Below are positions 1 to 12,134 of a stretch of 47,646 bases of DNA, piece after piece (position 1 is the first letter of the stretch; each line of letters starts with the position of its first letter). The stretch comes from Lobosporangium transversale. Its lineage: Eukaryota. A model generated the notes under the pieces. That model searched no databases. It was given only the letters and a program-made list of their open reading frames with translations, and was not told the DNA's origin. A program made the position numbers and the translations under genes. The stretch lies in assembly GCF_002105155.1 (NCBI RefSeq), contig NW_019029017.1:372001-419646 (forward strand). Direction: 5' to 3'.

Positions 1-3000
1 CTAATCGATTTATTGGCAAAAGGAGATTTTCGTCCTCCCGTAACCATTCGTGAAGATACAAAGGGAAATATTTTTTGGACAGGAGTACAGGAAATTGCTG
101 TCGCATCAGTAGAGGAAGTCATCCAGTAAGTACTATATGCTGCAAGAGTAATAATGCACATGTGTAATCATTCACCAGATTATAACTAAAAAAAAAAAAA
201 AAAAAAAAAAATAGTTTACTTTGGTATGGCTCTCAGAACCGACAGACACATTCCACAGAGATGAATGAAAAATCATCTAGATCCCATGCTATCTTCAGCA
301 TAACCTTACGGCAAGAAAAGTTTGTTCCAACCCATCCTCCTCCACCATTACCCGTCATAGACTCTTTAAATTCTCCCACGTTATCCAAAAATGCACATCC
401 CAGGTCACCCAGTCTAAGCAATACCACTAGTATCGTACCAGGATCACCAGCCTCGATTCGACCCGGAACGCCAACTACCATGGGGGCATCTAGTATTCCT
501 ATGCCATTTTCAAGCGGAATCGCTATTCCAGGTTCAAAGCTGAAGCGCCAGAGCACTCTGTCCGATATAACAGCATTAACAGCCCCTTCAACGCCGATTT
601 CGACCGCAAATGATGATCCAGAGCCTGATGGCGAATGGGTTGTTCTAAATAGTAAATTTCATTTTGTGGACTTGGCTGGCTCTGAGCGTCTGAAGCGGAC
701 ATCGGCCATCGGTGATCGTGCAAAAGAGGGAATCAGCATCAATGCAGGGCTTCATGCACTAGGAAATGTTATTTCCGCACTAGGGGATCCTAGTAAAAAA
801 GCAAGTCATGTACCATATCGTGATTCAAAACTTACGAGGTTGCTACAGGACTCATTGGGAGGCAATGCACTGGCCCTGATGATTGCCTGTGTTAGTCCAA
901 GCGAAATTAATCTTAATGAGACTCTTGTGAGTACAGATGAGTTATTATTACACATGGGAATACTCGTAGTGAGGGTTTAGTATCGATTTAGCAGAAAAAA
1001 AGAAAAAAAAAAATGGAAATCTAATCGTTTTTTCATCTGAACATGGGATGATAGAATACACTCAAGTATGCAAACCGCGCACGTAACATCAAAAACTCTT
1101 CCACTTTAAACCAGGAAGTAAATATGGACAACCCAGAATACTTGCGCTCCATCATCCAGAAGCTTAAAATGGAGATAAAAATGCTCAAGGAAGCCAATAC
1201 TAAAATGGGAGTGGGTTCAGATGACAATGGGAATTCAGCCTTAGACAGCCCAAGTCCCAAAACTATCCAATCAGGTCGTCTTTCAATCCAATCAACTGCT
1301 ACTTTTGCGCCTGGAGGACTCGACGATGCTCTGAGTGACCGTGCCTTCTCGCCTTCACCCTCAACGAGGCTCTCTCATTATCAAAGTCGCGAATCACTCT
1401 CCACTGATATCAGTCATAGTTATTTGGATGCCGTCCAGGAAGAGGAGGACCGCTATTCGGATATTTCGTCTACTATCAGGACAGACGTAGTTCGTACGGG
1501 TGCCAGCAGTGCGAGTGAGACGACAGCTACTTCACCTACGTCCCGGCCCAATATTGCGCCCCTAGTCATTCCACAGCTCCTTGATACCAAATCTTTTCAG
1601 GAGTTTGTTGAGCCAGTCATTGAAGAATACGAAAAAGTCATTTCAGGACTAGAGACTCATTTGGCTATGACACAAGCAGCTTTAAACCACTCGGAGCTTA
1701 TACTAGAAGAACAACAAGGTCGGATTGATATTATCGAGGACGAAAACCGGATGTTGCTCCGAAAGCAACAGCAATTCAAGTCGGGTAGCGGTAGTGAGTC
1801 AGATGAAGCTGCTAATTCACGGAATCAGCAAAAGGAACTTCAGAGACAACTGCAGACTGTTCAGCAGCAGCTAAAAGAAGTAGAGGAACGCAAAGCTCAG
1901 AAAGAACAGTATATCGAACAGCTAGAACAAAAACTTGCTCAAGAAAAGGAAGTAATTGAGGAGCGGATTCAAGAAGCCTTGAAGAAGAAGGAGGAGGAGC
2001 TGTTGCGCTCAAGGGCAGTATCTCCTCATTTACAGCTGAATAACACTAACGAAAAGGAACAAGAGCTTAAACTACTATCTGAAAGGGTCCTTGAGTTAGA
2101 AGAGCAAATCCGCCGGCATCAAGAGATAGCAGATGCAGAGACCGCAACAGTAGTCACAGAGTCAGACCAAGAACGAGAGGAGCGTGAATCAAAGGAGGCA
2201 AAGTGTGAAGAGGAACTTATCGAGAAGCGGGAAGCCAAGGCTGCTCTTGAACGAGAGTTGGAGTCTGAAAAAGTTAGGCAAAACACCTTGGATACAGAGG
2301 CTAAAGAGTCCATAGCAAGTCATACCAGGACTGACAGCGCTCATACAGATTCAAATCCAGGACAAGAGGAGGGTGTCGTCCAGCAGCTGGCTGTGACCGC
2401 TGCTTTGATAGATTCAGAAGCTACTAAAAGCAGCAAAATCGACGAGCTTGAGGCCCAGCTGGCTGAGGCTCGTGAATCAGAACGTCTTCTTAAGGAAGAG
2501 ACTGTTATCTTGGTAGAAAAATTGGAGAAATTACAAAAAGATCACGCATCTGTACTGGAGAAGGAAGAGATGCTCCACTTGGCGGTTTCAGATCTTGAAG
2601 AGCGTCTCAAGATTTCACAGGAGAGTGAATCGAAGCATCTTGAAGAGCTAGAGAAGAACTTGGCTCGAATTCAAAATTTGGAGGAGCGGTCAACCAAAGC
2701 TGAGCTGGAGGCGCTTAGGGTAGCGGATGAGCTGAAAGATAAGCTTGCAGCAGCTACAAGCGCAGCAGAAGGGCAGTATGCTGACGAGCTACTCGAATTG
2801 CTGGAAAAGATGGAGGTTGAGCGCACTAAGGTTGAGGCACTTCAAACTCAGGTTGAGAGTCATCTTGTGGAATTAGCCGCTGAAAAATCCAGGGCTGCAG
2901 AGTTGGAGTCAAGTCGAGACGAAATTCAGGCAAAATGGGATGCTGACAAGGAGCGCATCCAAATTCTAGAGAAGGAGATTGAACAACAATCGACGCTTAT

Positions 3001-5440
3001 CCGTGAAAAAGTTGAATTGATCGCTTCGTTGGGAGCTCAAGTCTCTGCACATGAAGGTACAATTGCAGCGAGAGAGCATTTAGAGCAGGAATTGAATCAG
3101 CGAACTGACGAGTACAATACAGCCCTTGCATCTAAAGCGGCTCTAATTCTTGAGCTGGAACAGAAGATCACAGAGCTTGAAATGACAGTCCAAAGCTCAG
3201 ATAAGGCTACAAGTGAGCTGGTGGGGAAAATTCAAACTGAGCTTTCTTTCTCACTTGAGCAGCTAAACGAAAGCCAGGCCAAAACAAAGGAGCAGGAACA
3301 AGTCCTGCAAGAGTTGAAGGAAAAGATGGCAGCTCTTGATGCGGAAGCGAGCTCCTTCAAGGCCACTTTGTCGACTAAAGAAACCGAGCATACAGAGGCT
3401 ATCCAGGCCCTTCAAGCCAAAATCAAGCTCGCAGAAGCTGACCGAGACGAGGCAGAGACAAGGCTCGAAGAGGTGGAGCGACGCCATCAAGCTGTAGATG
3501 AAGATATTAAGGCCCTCCAGGCCACAGTTGATCAGCACCTTGCAACTATTGAAATATTGCAGAGTAAGCTTTCTGAGGCAGAAGCGATGTCTCTCTCAAC
3601 CTCGCGACCAGTATCTGTATCGTCGTCTGCCACAAACCTCGCTGTTAGTGAGGATGCATCGTCAGCACTTCAGCGGCTAGAGAAAGAGAAATCTTTATAC
3701 AAAGCAATTGTGCGTGAGAACGAGAAACAGATCGAGCAATTGAGTCAGGAACTTGAGTCACTTGCGTCAGAATTCTTGAATACGGTTGCAATGTCTGAGG
3801 CGGCAGAAGAAGAGATGAAGGCGCGGATTACGGAACTGCAAGCTCTCTTAGAAGAAAAGAATGAAAGCAACTCATTTCCCGCACAGTCCGCGAGCCACTT
3901 TGAGACCAGCATGGCGCCGTCTTCTATGGCTGCTCAAGCTCAAATATCTGCACTCAAGGCTGAACGTGATCAAGCACTACAGTCTTCGGAGGAACTTTCT
4001 TCAATTATAGCAGATTTGAATGAGCAAAACCATAGCCTACAAGAGAGACTCTTAACTCTCGAGCGTGAACAAGAAGCGATCAAACTTCAACATGTTCTAG
4101 AGAGCCAGACGCAACAAAATGAAATTCGCATGCTCAAGGATCGAGCGGAGCGGCTGGACCGCAATGCAAGTCCTAGTCCTGTCAGTTATCTCCACGATGA
4201 TGATAGAGAGCGTATCCTACAACATAAGCCATCAAACTCATCCGATTACTTTATGAATAACAAAAGTGGTGAAGACTCATTGGCAACACCACGTCAGAGT
4301 TGGAGTACCACTGCATCTGGCTCACAACAGCCCAATTCACAGCTCCGGAATGGAAGGCATGAGTCAACTCTTATTCAACAGGCCAAGCATATCAAGATGC
4401 TGGAAGAGCGGATTGCTGAACTCCAGGCAAATGCCGGCTCACAAGTAACAACAGGTGAAGGCAATGCCCATAAACATACACCGCCGATGTCATCAATTTC
4501 AGCTATTGGTCTTGGTATTCATCACAAGAACTCTGACCCCGAGTTGGCACGGTCAGTATCTTCACCTATTGTCCACCATCACAGCACAGACAAGATGTCC
4601 CCAGCGCTGCGTGGACACTCAACGCTCAATGGCCCCACAGGCGCAGCACCACCTACCCCTCCACCTCAAATTCCTCTACCTCCTCCTCCGGCAAGTGCAG
4701 CTCCTGGTGGAAAGGTCACTCCAGCACATCTGAATGGAAATGCACCCTCTTCACCCAGAATTGGCGGCACTTTCAATCTGGAAACATCGTCGCCGCATTC
4801 CTCTCCTAGCATGCGGCCTTCCAGAGCGGGATCGATCAACAGTCGTGTAAATAGTAGTGCGCCCAACGCACAACTCTCTGCTGCAAACGTTGTTCGTCGT
4901 GAGCGTGACTCCACATCGTCTAATGTTTCAGAACCGGTTTTCAATGCTGGACTCAACACCAATGGAAGTACTAATGGTCATAGTAATGGATGGGCTAGTC
5001 CAACAGGAAGCACTATGAGTGTAAGCAATATCTCTGCTGCTACTGCACAAGCACTCCAAGGAGTGGAGGTAAACGAACTTCGCGGAGTTGTGGACACACT
5101 TGCCCATCAAGTGCAGGCTCTCAAGGTTGAGCAGGCGATGCAGCAAGGCAAGATTCAACGATTAGAAGCTGCGCTTGCAGAGGCGGAGGAGAGGCTTAAG
5201 GTTGCTCAGAATGAAAAGCAAATGACACAGGATGAGAAGGTGACCCTTGCTAAAGAAATAGAGAAGGTTCAAGCCGAGTTGACTGCGGTCAAGCTAAAGT
5301 CTGAGAAAGATCGTCAGGAGCTTGAAAGCATTTTGGAAAAAGAGCGAAGAGAGCGCGAGAAAGCTGTTGAGGCAAGGGCAATCATGGAGGCCAAGATGGA
5401 GGAGCTAATGGGCCGCAAGAGTAAGTTTGCATGCTTCTAG
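1..5440 (+). CDS. Kinesin-4 family (KIF21/KIF4-like) motor with long coiled-coil tail; 5' end lies outside the window. Exons <1-125, 215-926, 1055-5440
   Basis: Spliced frame gives [28 protein letters not shown] (switch I), [11 protein letters not shown] (switch II), [20 protein letters not shown] and [21 protein letters not shown] introns 126-214 and 927-1054 preserve frame. About 1400 aa of mostly coiled-coil/low-complexity tail ends in RKSKFACF*. Confidence 0.93.
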
Positions 5441-5760
5441 ATGATTTGATATCAAATCTCCTGCACCAATACTGCACCAATACATCATGTGCACATACGC
5501 GCATACACGCATGCAAAAAAAAAAAAAGAAAAAAAAGGCCCGGGTTACCATCACTGTTTTTTATTCTCATCTCCATTGCATCCTATTCTCTCTTCGGGGT
5601 GACTCGTTATGGCCTCCCCATTTTTATCTTTACCCTTTTTCATCCATTTTATTTATCATTTTATTCTTGTTATATTCTTCATTTTTTTTTTATTTTTTGT
5701 TGTACCCGTTAATTTCCCTTGTACTCGTACATCTGTTTTCTCAGTATAAGAAACTACTTG

Positions 5761-5791
<31 letters not shown>

Positions 5792-6099
5792 AATACACCT
5801 TTCTATACTTGCGACTATCGTACAAAATGATCAAATATGAATCGAAGAATGATAAAAAAAAAAAAACAAAAATTCAAGAGGGGCGAGTGTAACACCTTGG
5901 GTTTTCATGGTTACACAAACACGTTTTTTAACTGACCACTAATGACCGTTTTTCATTTTTCTCCTACCAATCATGAAATAGAAAACTCAGGCTTGATGTC
6001 CAAAATCAAAATCAAGAGGTGGTCCAAAAACAACTAAGCATTATTTGATACCCTTAAAAAATAACTTAATTAGTCTGTGCTTTTTAACGTGTAACAAAG

Positions 6100-7660
6100 T
6101 AGATATTTAACATTAGAAACTAGTAAAACCCAAAGACTTAACTGTTCTTGAGTGTGATTGATGGTTATTCGCAGGTTGTGGCAGCATGCTCTGGCATAAA
6201 GTCTGATCTCTGTGTGAACAAGATGTATAGGCGTTGCAAGGATCGCAATGGATGGTGGTGTCATTCGTAGGGTTGGTAAGGCAATTTCACGGCTCTACTA
6301 CCTCGCCTTCGCGCCGTGGACTGAGACTATTCATTATTATCCACTAGTCTGACAAATTGGGGTAACCAACGCACAGGCTTTGTGCTTCAAAAGTCTTTTT
6401 TTTGGAAGTGTATCTGTGTATTAACATGCTACCTTTGCAAAATGCCTGGTAAGCGCAACATGTTGTCACCCTACAGAAGTAAGCGCATGGAGCAACAGGG
6501 TATGCTAACCAGGGGTTCGTTGGCCATCGCTAGACGCCGGAGACTTGAACACCTAGATGTGCTCCCCATCCATGTGGAAGGAATATCCGCTCTAACCACA
6601 CTTGGCTATCTGATATTAAGGGCCCCAGAACATGCAATGTGTTCAAATTTTCTGTCAACCGTGGTTGACTGGAACGTCTCGCTTAGGATAAACATTGATC
6701 TGCGTGAGGCCATGAGGTTAGAGCATGTCTGATTGAAAGCAACATGATGGGGTTACAGCGCAGAGGAATGATCATCCCGAGGTCAATCCCTATTTCAATA
6801 AGTCAGTTCGTTCAACTTTGGACGAGATCCTACTTGGCTTAGTCGATCCTCTGAATGCTCGGTTTCCAAAAATACGCACCAAAGATAACGTATCGTATCG
6901 AGCAGTAAACCCGCTGGTTTGGTAGACTCTATGGCAACCTTGAATTTTTTTTTGCAACAAACATGGTGGTGACGCTGACTCCGCAAAAGAAAAATCCACT
7001 AATCCTCAGGCTTGGTATTGCTCCATTGTTGAAAAAAAAAAAAAAAAAAAATTCAAGTATTCACAGGTTTTATAGTAGCGCACAAACCCAGAAAACCTTT
7101 GTCACAAGTGTTGTCTTTACGTGAAGCAACTTGAGGCCACGTTGTCCTCAAGTTCTACCGTATGCAGCCGTGACATTAGTAAGCAAGGGTTTCGCAACCA
7201 AATGAATTGGCTCGATCCTGTCATAGGAGTCTTCTCTCGACTGTTTGTGATAAACCAGCCCTTTGATGAGCCTACATCCTTTCTAGATATGGTGGTCATA
7301 AACAGGGGTGAGACGCACAAATCTAGGAAATTTGTGTGGGCGTGGAGCTGCGTCATATTATGTACATAATTGTTGTGAACAATGCTTTGGACTGTCTCTA
7401 CTTTGTGGATCATAGAGTTGTTCGATGATGAAAATTTAAGAATGAAGGAAATACTTGCAAGCTTCTGTTCTTCTTTTTGTTTAAAGCAAGGCTGGGACTT
7501 CCTTCCATAAGTTTCAAAGGGTAATGGCCATTAAGGATTCAATCTTCCACATTGTTGACCTGCAGCGGTTGTAAGGCATATTTTGGCCAAGGCATCTGTA
7601 GTGGATAAACTGGTATAGGCGGGTCCGTTTAGTTCAGGTATGAACAGGAGCTCCCCAAGT
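6100..7660 (-). pseudogene. Probable decayed F-box/leucine-rich-repeat gene
   Basis: Minus-strand fragments in different frames with stops and frameshifts. F-box-like pieces at about 7650-7495: LLFIPEL..LSTTDALA..CL, LQVNN, W..LWKEVP. Downstream LRR-like pieces: SRLHTVEL, PKLNELTY, QTCSNL, RCSSLRRL, CCHNLR. No long intact ORF. Confidence 0.4.
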
Positions 7661-8060
7661 TCAAGCCTTAAACGGATTTATAATGTACAAGCTTTCTTTG
7701 TATGTTTGCTATTTGATGCTTTTGATAGACCAAGGAGGACTGACATATATCATTACACTAGTGCTTCCTTTAGCCGCCGACTTTTACTCATCATGGTTCA
7801 TAGAGACAGAGACTTAAAAAGTTCAAGGGATCACAAAATACCCCACTTGCAAGGAAAAAAAAGGTTACTGCTTTTTTATATACATTTTCATGAGCTCAAA
7901 TTATTCTTCTGAGGCAACATCACAGGGACAGTCACCAAAGAACTGAATGACACTGGCCATAGACTGACACCTTGACACAAATACATGTCTCTTGACATTA
8001 GTTTTGACAACCTGCATTCACTTTTTGTTCTCGCCTTTGATACTTCTCTCGCGCACCGCC

Positions 8061-10452
8061 ATGGACAACAACGATGTAGGATACAGCTCCGTCGCATGGG
8101 ACACATATTCACCAACAGGCTCTCATGGGAATAATGAAGACGCTCCAGGTGATAACAGCAACAATACCAAACTCCATAGTAACAACACACTGCATTCGTC
8201 TTTATTTGCCTCTTCGGACGAAGACGAAGACGACCTCAACGACATCACCGCTGCTGCTTCTTCTGTCATCCTTCCCGCAGAGACATCTGCTTGGGCAGAC
8301 GAGCCTCTTGACAATGAGGTTATAGACATTCATGGACAGGAAACCAGTGTTGGCACTGTTGCAAACAGCAATAGCGATAGTTTTAGTGATTTCAATCGCG
8401 ATACTCGAGGAAGTAACAGTGACCATTATGACCAGAGCAATGGCAGCGTAAATAAAACTTCCAGACAAGCTCACAGAGTAAGGAAGCTTCTTTCTTTCCT
8501 ATTCTCTCTCTCATCAGCTCAATTGAAATGGCTCGTTTGAAGCGTTAAAATAGCTAACCTGATATGCATGATCTTTTTTTTGCACATCATTACCACTATT
8601 AGTCGAACGCGCCAGGGAAAGCGCCAAAACGAGAGATCTTGGAGGAAATTTCGGGGTTGGCGCTGTCTACGTCAGCTGCAGAAGCTCTGACCAAGTTAAT
8701 CCCCATGGAGATTACAGTAACTGATGCGCACAGAGAGAAGGAAGGTTCGACTGATAGTTTTATTTCGTATCAAGTTAATACAAAGGTAATTTTTATAAAT
8801 TTAATTTCTTTATATGTATACTATACTCTGTTTAAAAGTTTATTGCGGCTTATGAATTCTTATCTTTTATCCAGACCGAGATGAAGGGCTTTTCTGGACC
8901 TAGCGTATCTGTCCGTCGTCGATTTCAAGATTTTGCATGGCTTCATCACGTCTTGGGTAGAGATCACCCAGAAGCAATTCTTCCTCCCTTACCCGACAAG
9001 CACCGCATGCGTACGTACTATGAAAAATACGAATCATTGTCAGATGGCTCTGTAAAATAAACATGAGCCTTATTATTGGTTCCCTTCCCTACTTGACTAT
9101 ATAATATTGTTTAGGTTATGTTCGTGGTGACCGTTTCAGCCCAGAGTTTGTGGAGAAGCGTAGAGCGAGTCTTGAACGGTTCTTGAAAAAGATTGCTGTC
9201 CATCCAACACTCCAGCGTGCAGAGAGTCTTCGTGTATTTCTGGATTCGAAAGACTGGAACTCAGACCTTGCACAGCAAAACAAGAAACGACAGGACGAGG
9301 GTCGCTTAGATGCTATCGGAGATGCATTGCTAAATGCATTTTCAAAGATTAAGAAGCCTGATGAGAAGTTTGTGGCTATGCGAGATGAAGTTGACAAATT
9401 AGAAGAAAACTTGCAAGGATTGGAAAAACTGGAACAAAGGATTCTAAAACGACATGAGGAGCTTGAAGGAGACTATCGAGAATTCGGAGGCTCGGTAGCC
9501 GGTCTTGGTAACTTGGAGACTGGTATCACAGAACCTCTACACCGCTTTGCACACACGGTAGCCAGCTACGCTACCATTTTAAACGAACTGGTTAGTTTAT
9601 TCTTCCATAAATGCTCATGCCAGCAAGAAATTTTACTTCATTTCTGTCCTAATGGCTTGTACCTTGTGATTGAATGATCTATTAGTCGACACGTGAGGAT
9701 ACTGAGTTTTTAACACAACTTCACGAGTGTCTAGCCTACTGCAACAGCGTCAAGGTAAGTTGGCATGATTGACATCGTACACTCATTTTTTGTATTTACT
9801 TAAAAAAAGAGAGGAAAAAGGAGAGCACTTAACCTCTTAATTTGCTGTTGATGTTGATATTAATGTTGATATTGACATATAACAAATAATCTAGAGCGTC
9901 CTTAAGCTACGGGATCAAAAACAGCTGGATTTCGAGGAGCTAACAGATTATTTACAGCAGCAGGTGACTGAGCGTGATAGACTTCTAAGCAATGGACGCC
10001 TTGGTGGGTCAGCCACTATCGGGGGTTTCTTCCAGCAAAAAATGGATGAAATCAAGGGTGTGGATCAAGAGCGCGCCAAGCAGGAAAAGATCAAGCGTGT
10101 TGAGGAGAGGATTAAAGAGGTGGGTATAAATCCTAATATTCGCCGCTCCAAGGCGATTACGGTTTATGAATTCTCTTTCTGCTACTTTAATCTCTGACTC
10201 TATTATTATTACTTTTATTATTTTGTCGTTGGTTAGCTGGAAGATGCTGTGGTGAAAAGCAATGACGAATCTGTCCTTTTCTCAAACGAGACGGTCAAAG
10301 AGTATGAGATTTTTCAGCTGCAAAAAACAAAAGACATGCGACAGTGTCTACTGGACTATACAGCAGGCAGAGTGGAATTTTTTGAAAAGGGTAAGGAGCT
10401 TTGGGACCAAATTATTCCTGTCCTAGAAGCAATCCAAGTGGATGATGACTAA
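8061..10452 (+). CDS. SNX4: Sorting nexin-4 / Atg24 (PX-BAR). Exons 8061-8477, 8603-8785, 8875-9010, 9115-9590, 9686-9754, 9895-10119, 10237-10452
   Basis: PX motifs FISYQVNTK, VRRRFQDFAWL, LPPLPDKHRMRYVRGDRFSPEFVEKRRASLERFL, HPTLQ. BAR region with DALLNAFSKIKKPDEKF and LKLRDQKQLDFEELTDYL. Six frame-consistent GT-AG introns. Confidence 0.93.
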
Positions 10453-10505
10453 GAGACAAGGCATCTATTATATTATTCAAGACATTGGCTATTGTCCCTA
10501 AAGAA

Positions 10506-10540
<35 letters not shown>

Positions 10541-10924
10541 TCTTTTGCTTTGTAGTTTCTATGGCTACAAAGCGCCGCCTTTAGTATTTTTAATAATAAA
10601 TATCAAACAAATATGCTCCTCACAAACATAAAAAACCACACCCCGATATTCGTCTCTCTAACAAAAGTCGACAGATTAAATAAAAATTCAATTCCCATGT
10701 CAATAAATTGGAAATTATCCCAGGCCCATCTTTTTTTTTTTTTTTTTTTTTTTATGCAAAAGGCTATTCTTGTCATGTATTTTGAAGCGATTTGTAATCC
10801 GCTGGAAAAAAAAAAAAAAAAAAAAAAAAAAAAGTGAGGTTAAAATGGGCCCTTGGAACAAGGTTTTTACCTTTTTTTCTCTCATAAGCACACATACACA
10901 TTTTTTGAACCGTCATATCGCATC

Positions 10925-11254
10925 ATGGTCGCTACATATCCACCCACATGCAACAATGCTGACACCTCAGCACAAGCTGTAGTGCTCGATGCTTCTGACA
11001 GCACCTTTTCGCTGTTGTATTTTGACAGTATCGGGGTATTGGGGCCAACCCGCAATCTCTTGGCCCTTGGGAAGGCTCAATGGACACAGCTTTACCCCCA
11101 AGATTGGGAAAACAGTGACAATCTGGACAAGCATTCTACACCCTTTGAAGTCATGCCCGTCCTCTATGTCCATTCTAAAGATGGAAGCCAAGTAAAGGAT
11201 CCAAAATCATATTGGGAAAGACGAACAATAATATCTGAACATGGGAAAATACTT

Positions 11255-11289
<35 letters not shown>

Positions 11290-11966
11290 AATAAAAGACT
11301 GTAGCTATAGCAGAGAGCAAGACCATTGAGCTATATCTAGCCAAAAAGTTCAATTGTCTGGGCAAAAACTCTTACGAAGAAGCATTGATCAGCGCCTTCA
11401 CCTCGTCTACAGCCTCCCTTTTGGATGATTTCATGTCGTCCGTTATCAACCTCAAGGCTTCTCCTGAAGTCAAACAAGAGCAGGTCAACCACTTTTTAAC
11501 TGTCAAGATTCCAAACTGGGTCAGGATCCATGAACAGCACTTGAGAGCCAATCAGTCAAACGGCCATTATGTTGGCGACACGGTAAAAAAGAGGACGGAT
11601 AGCACCCTTTTCCTAGTATCCTAATATTTTTATCTTTAATATCGGTCTGGATGTTTATTTGATTTTTTTTTTTTTTTTTTTTTTTTTTTGGACTTAAAGA
11701 TTACATTAGCCGACCTAAGAGCTGCCGCACTGATCGAAGTTATTCAGAGATTCCCACATGCTGCCCAGTGTATCACCCCAGAAACAGCACCTGGTCTTCT
11801 CAAAGTTAAAGAGACTATCAATCATCATCCAAAGATCATAGAATGGCGCAATTCTGAGCTCTTTAAGAGCCTACGATCGTCACGTTTGTCTCCTCAACAG
11901 CCCAAAGCCTCCGAAGTCAAGTTAAATGACCGTGAAGGGAACAAAACTGGTGGGCTCGCAGCATGA
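10925..11966 (+). CDS. Glutathione S-transferase (sigma-like). Exons 10925-11191, 11298-11582, 11700-11966
   Basis: N-domain LLYFDSIG..RNLLALG, TPFEVMPVL, IAESKTIELYLAKKF. C-domain GHYVGDTITLADL N-capping motif. Confidence 0.87.
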
Positions 11967-12078
11967 GCTTAAACGCTCAATATATGCTGTATTAAACCAC
12001 TGCCACAAGAAATAGCTAGCATTTAAACAGCAAAGTAGGCATAGATCTAGAAAGCACCCAAGAATGCGTATAGTTCGC

Positions 12079-12110
<32 letters not shown>

Positions 12111-12134
12111 AAGATACATGTGCTAAAATAAAAA

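Noticed and set aside
5431..5840. ORFs of 93 and 117 aa after the kinesin stop
   Set aside because: Low-complexity translations of A/T-rich 3' UTR (poly-K, poly-F); no domain.
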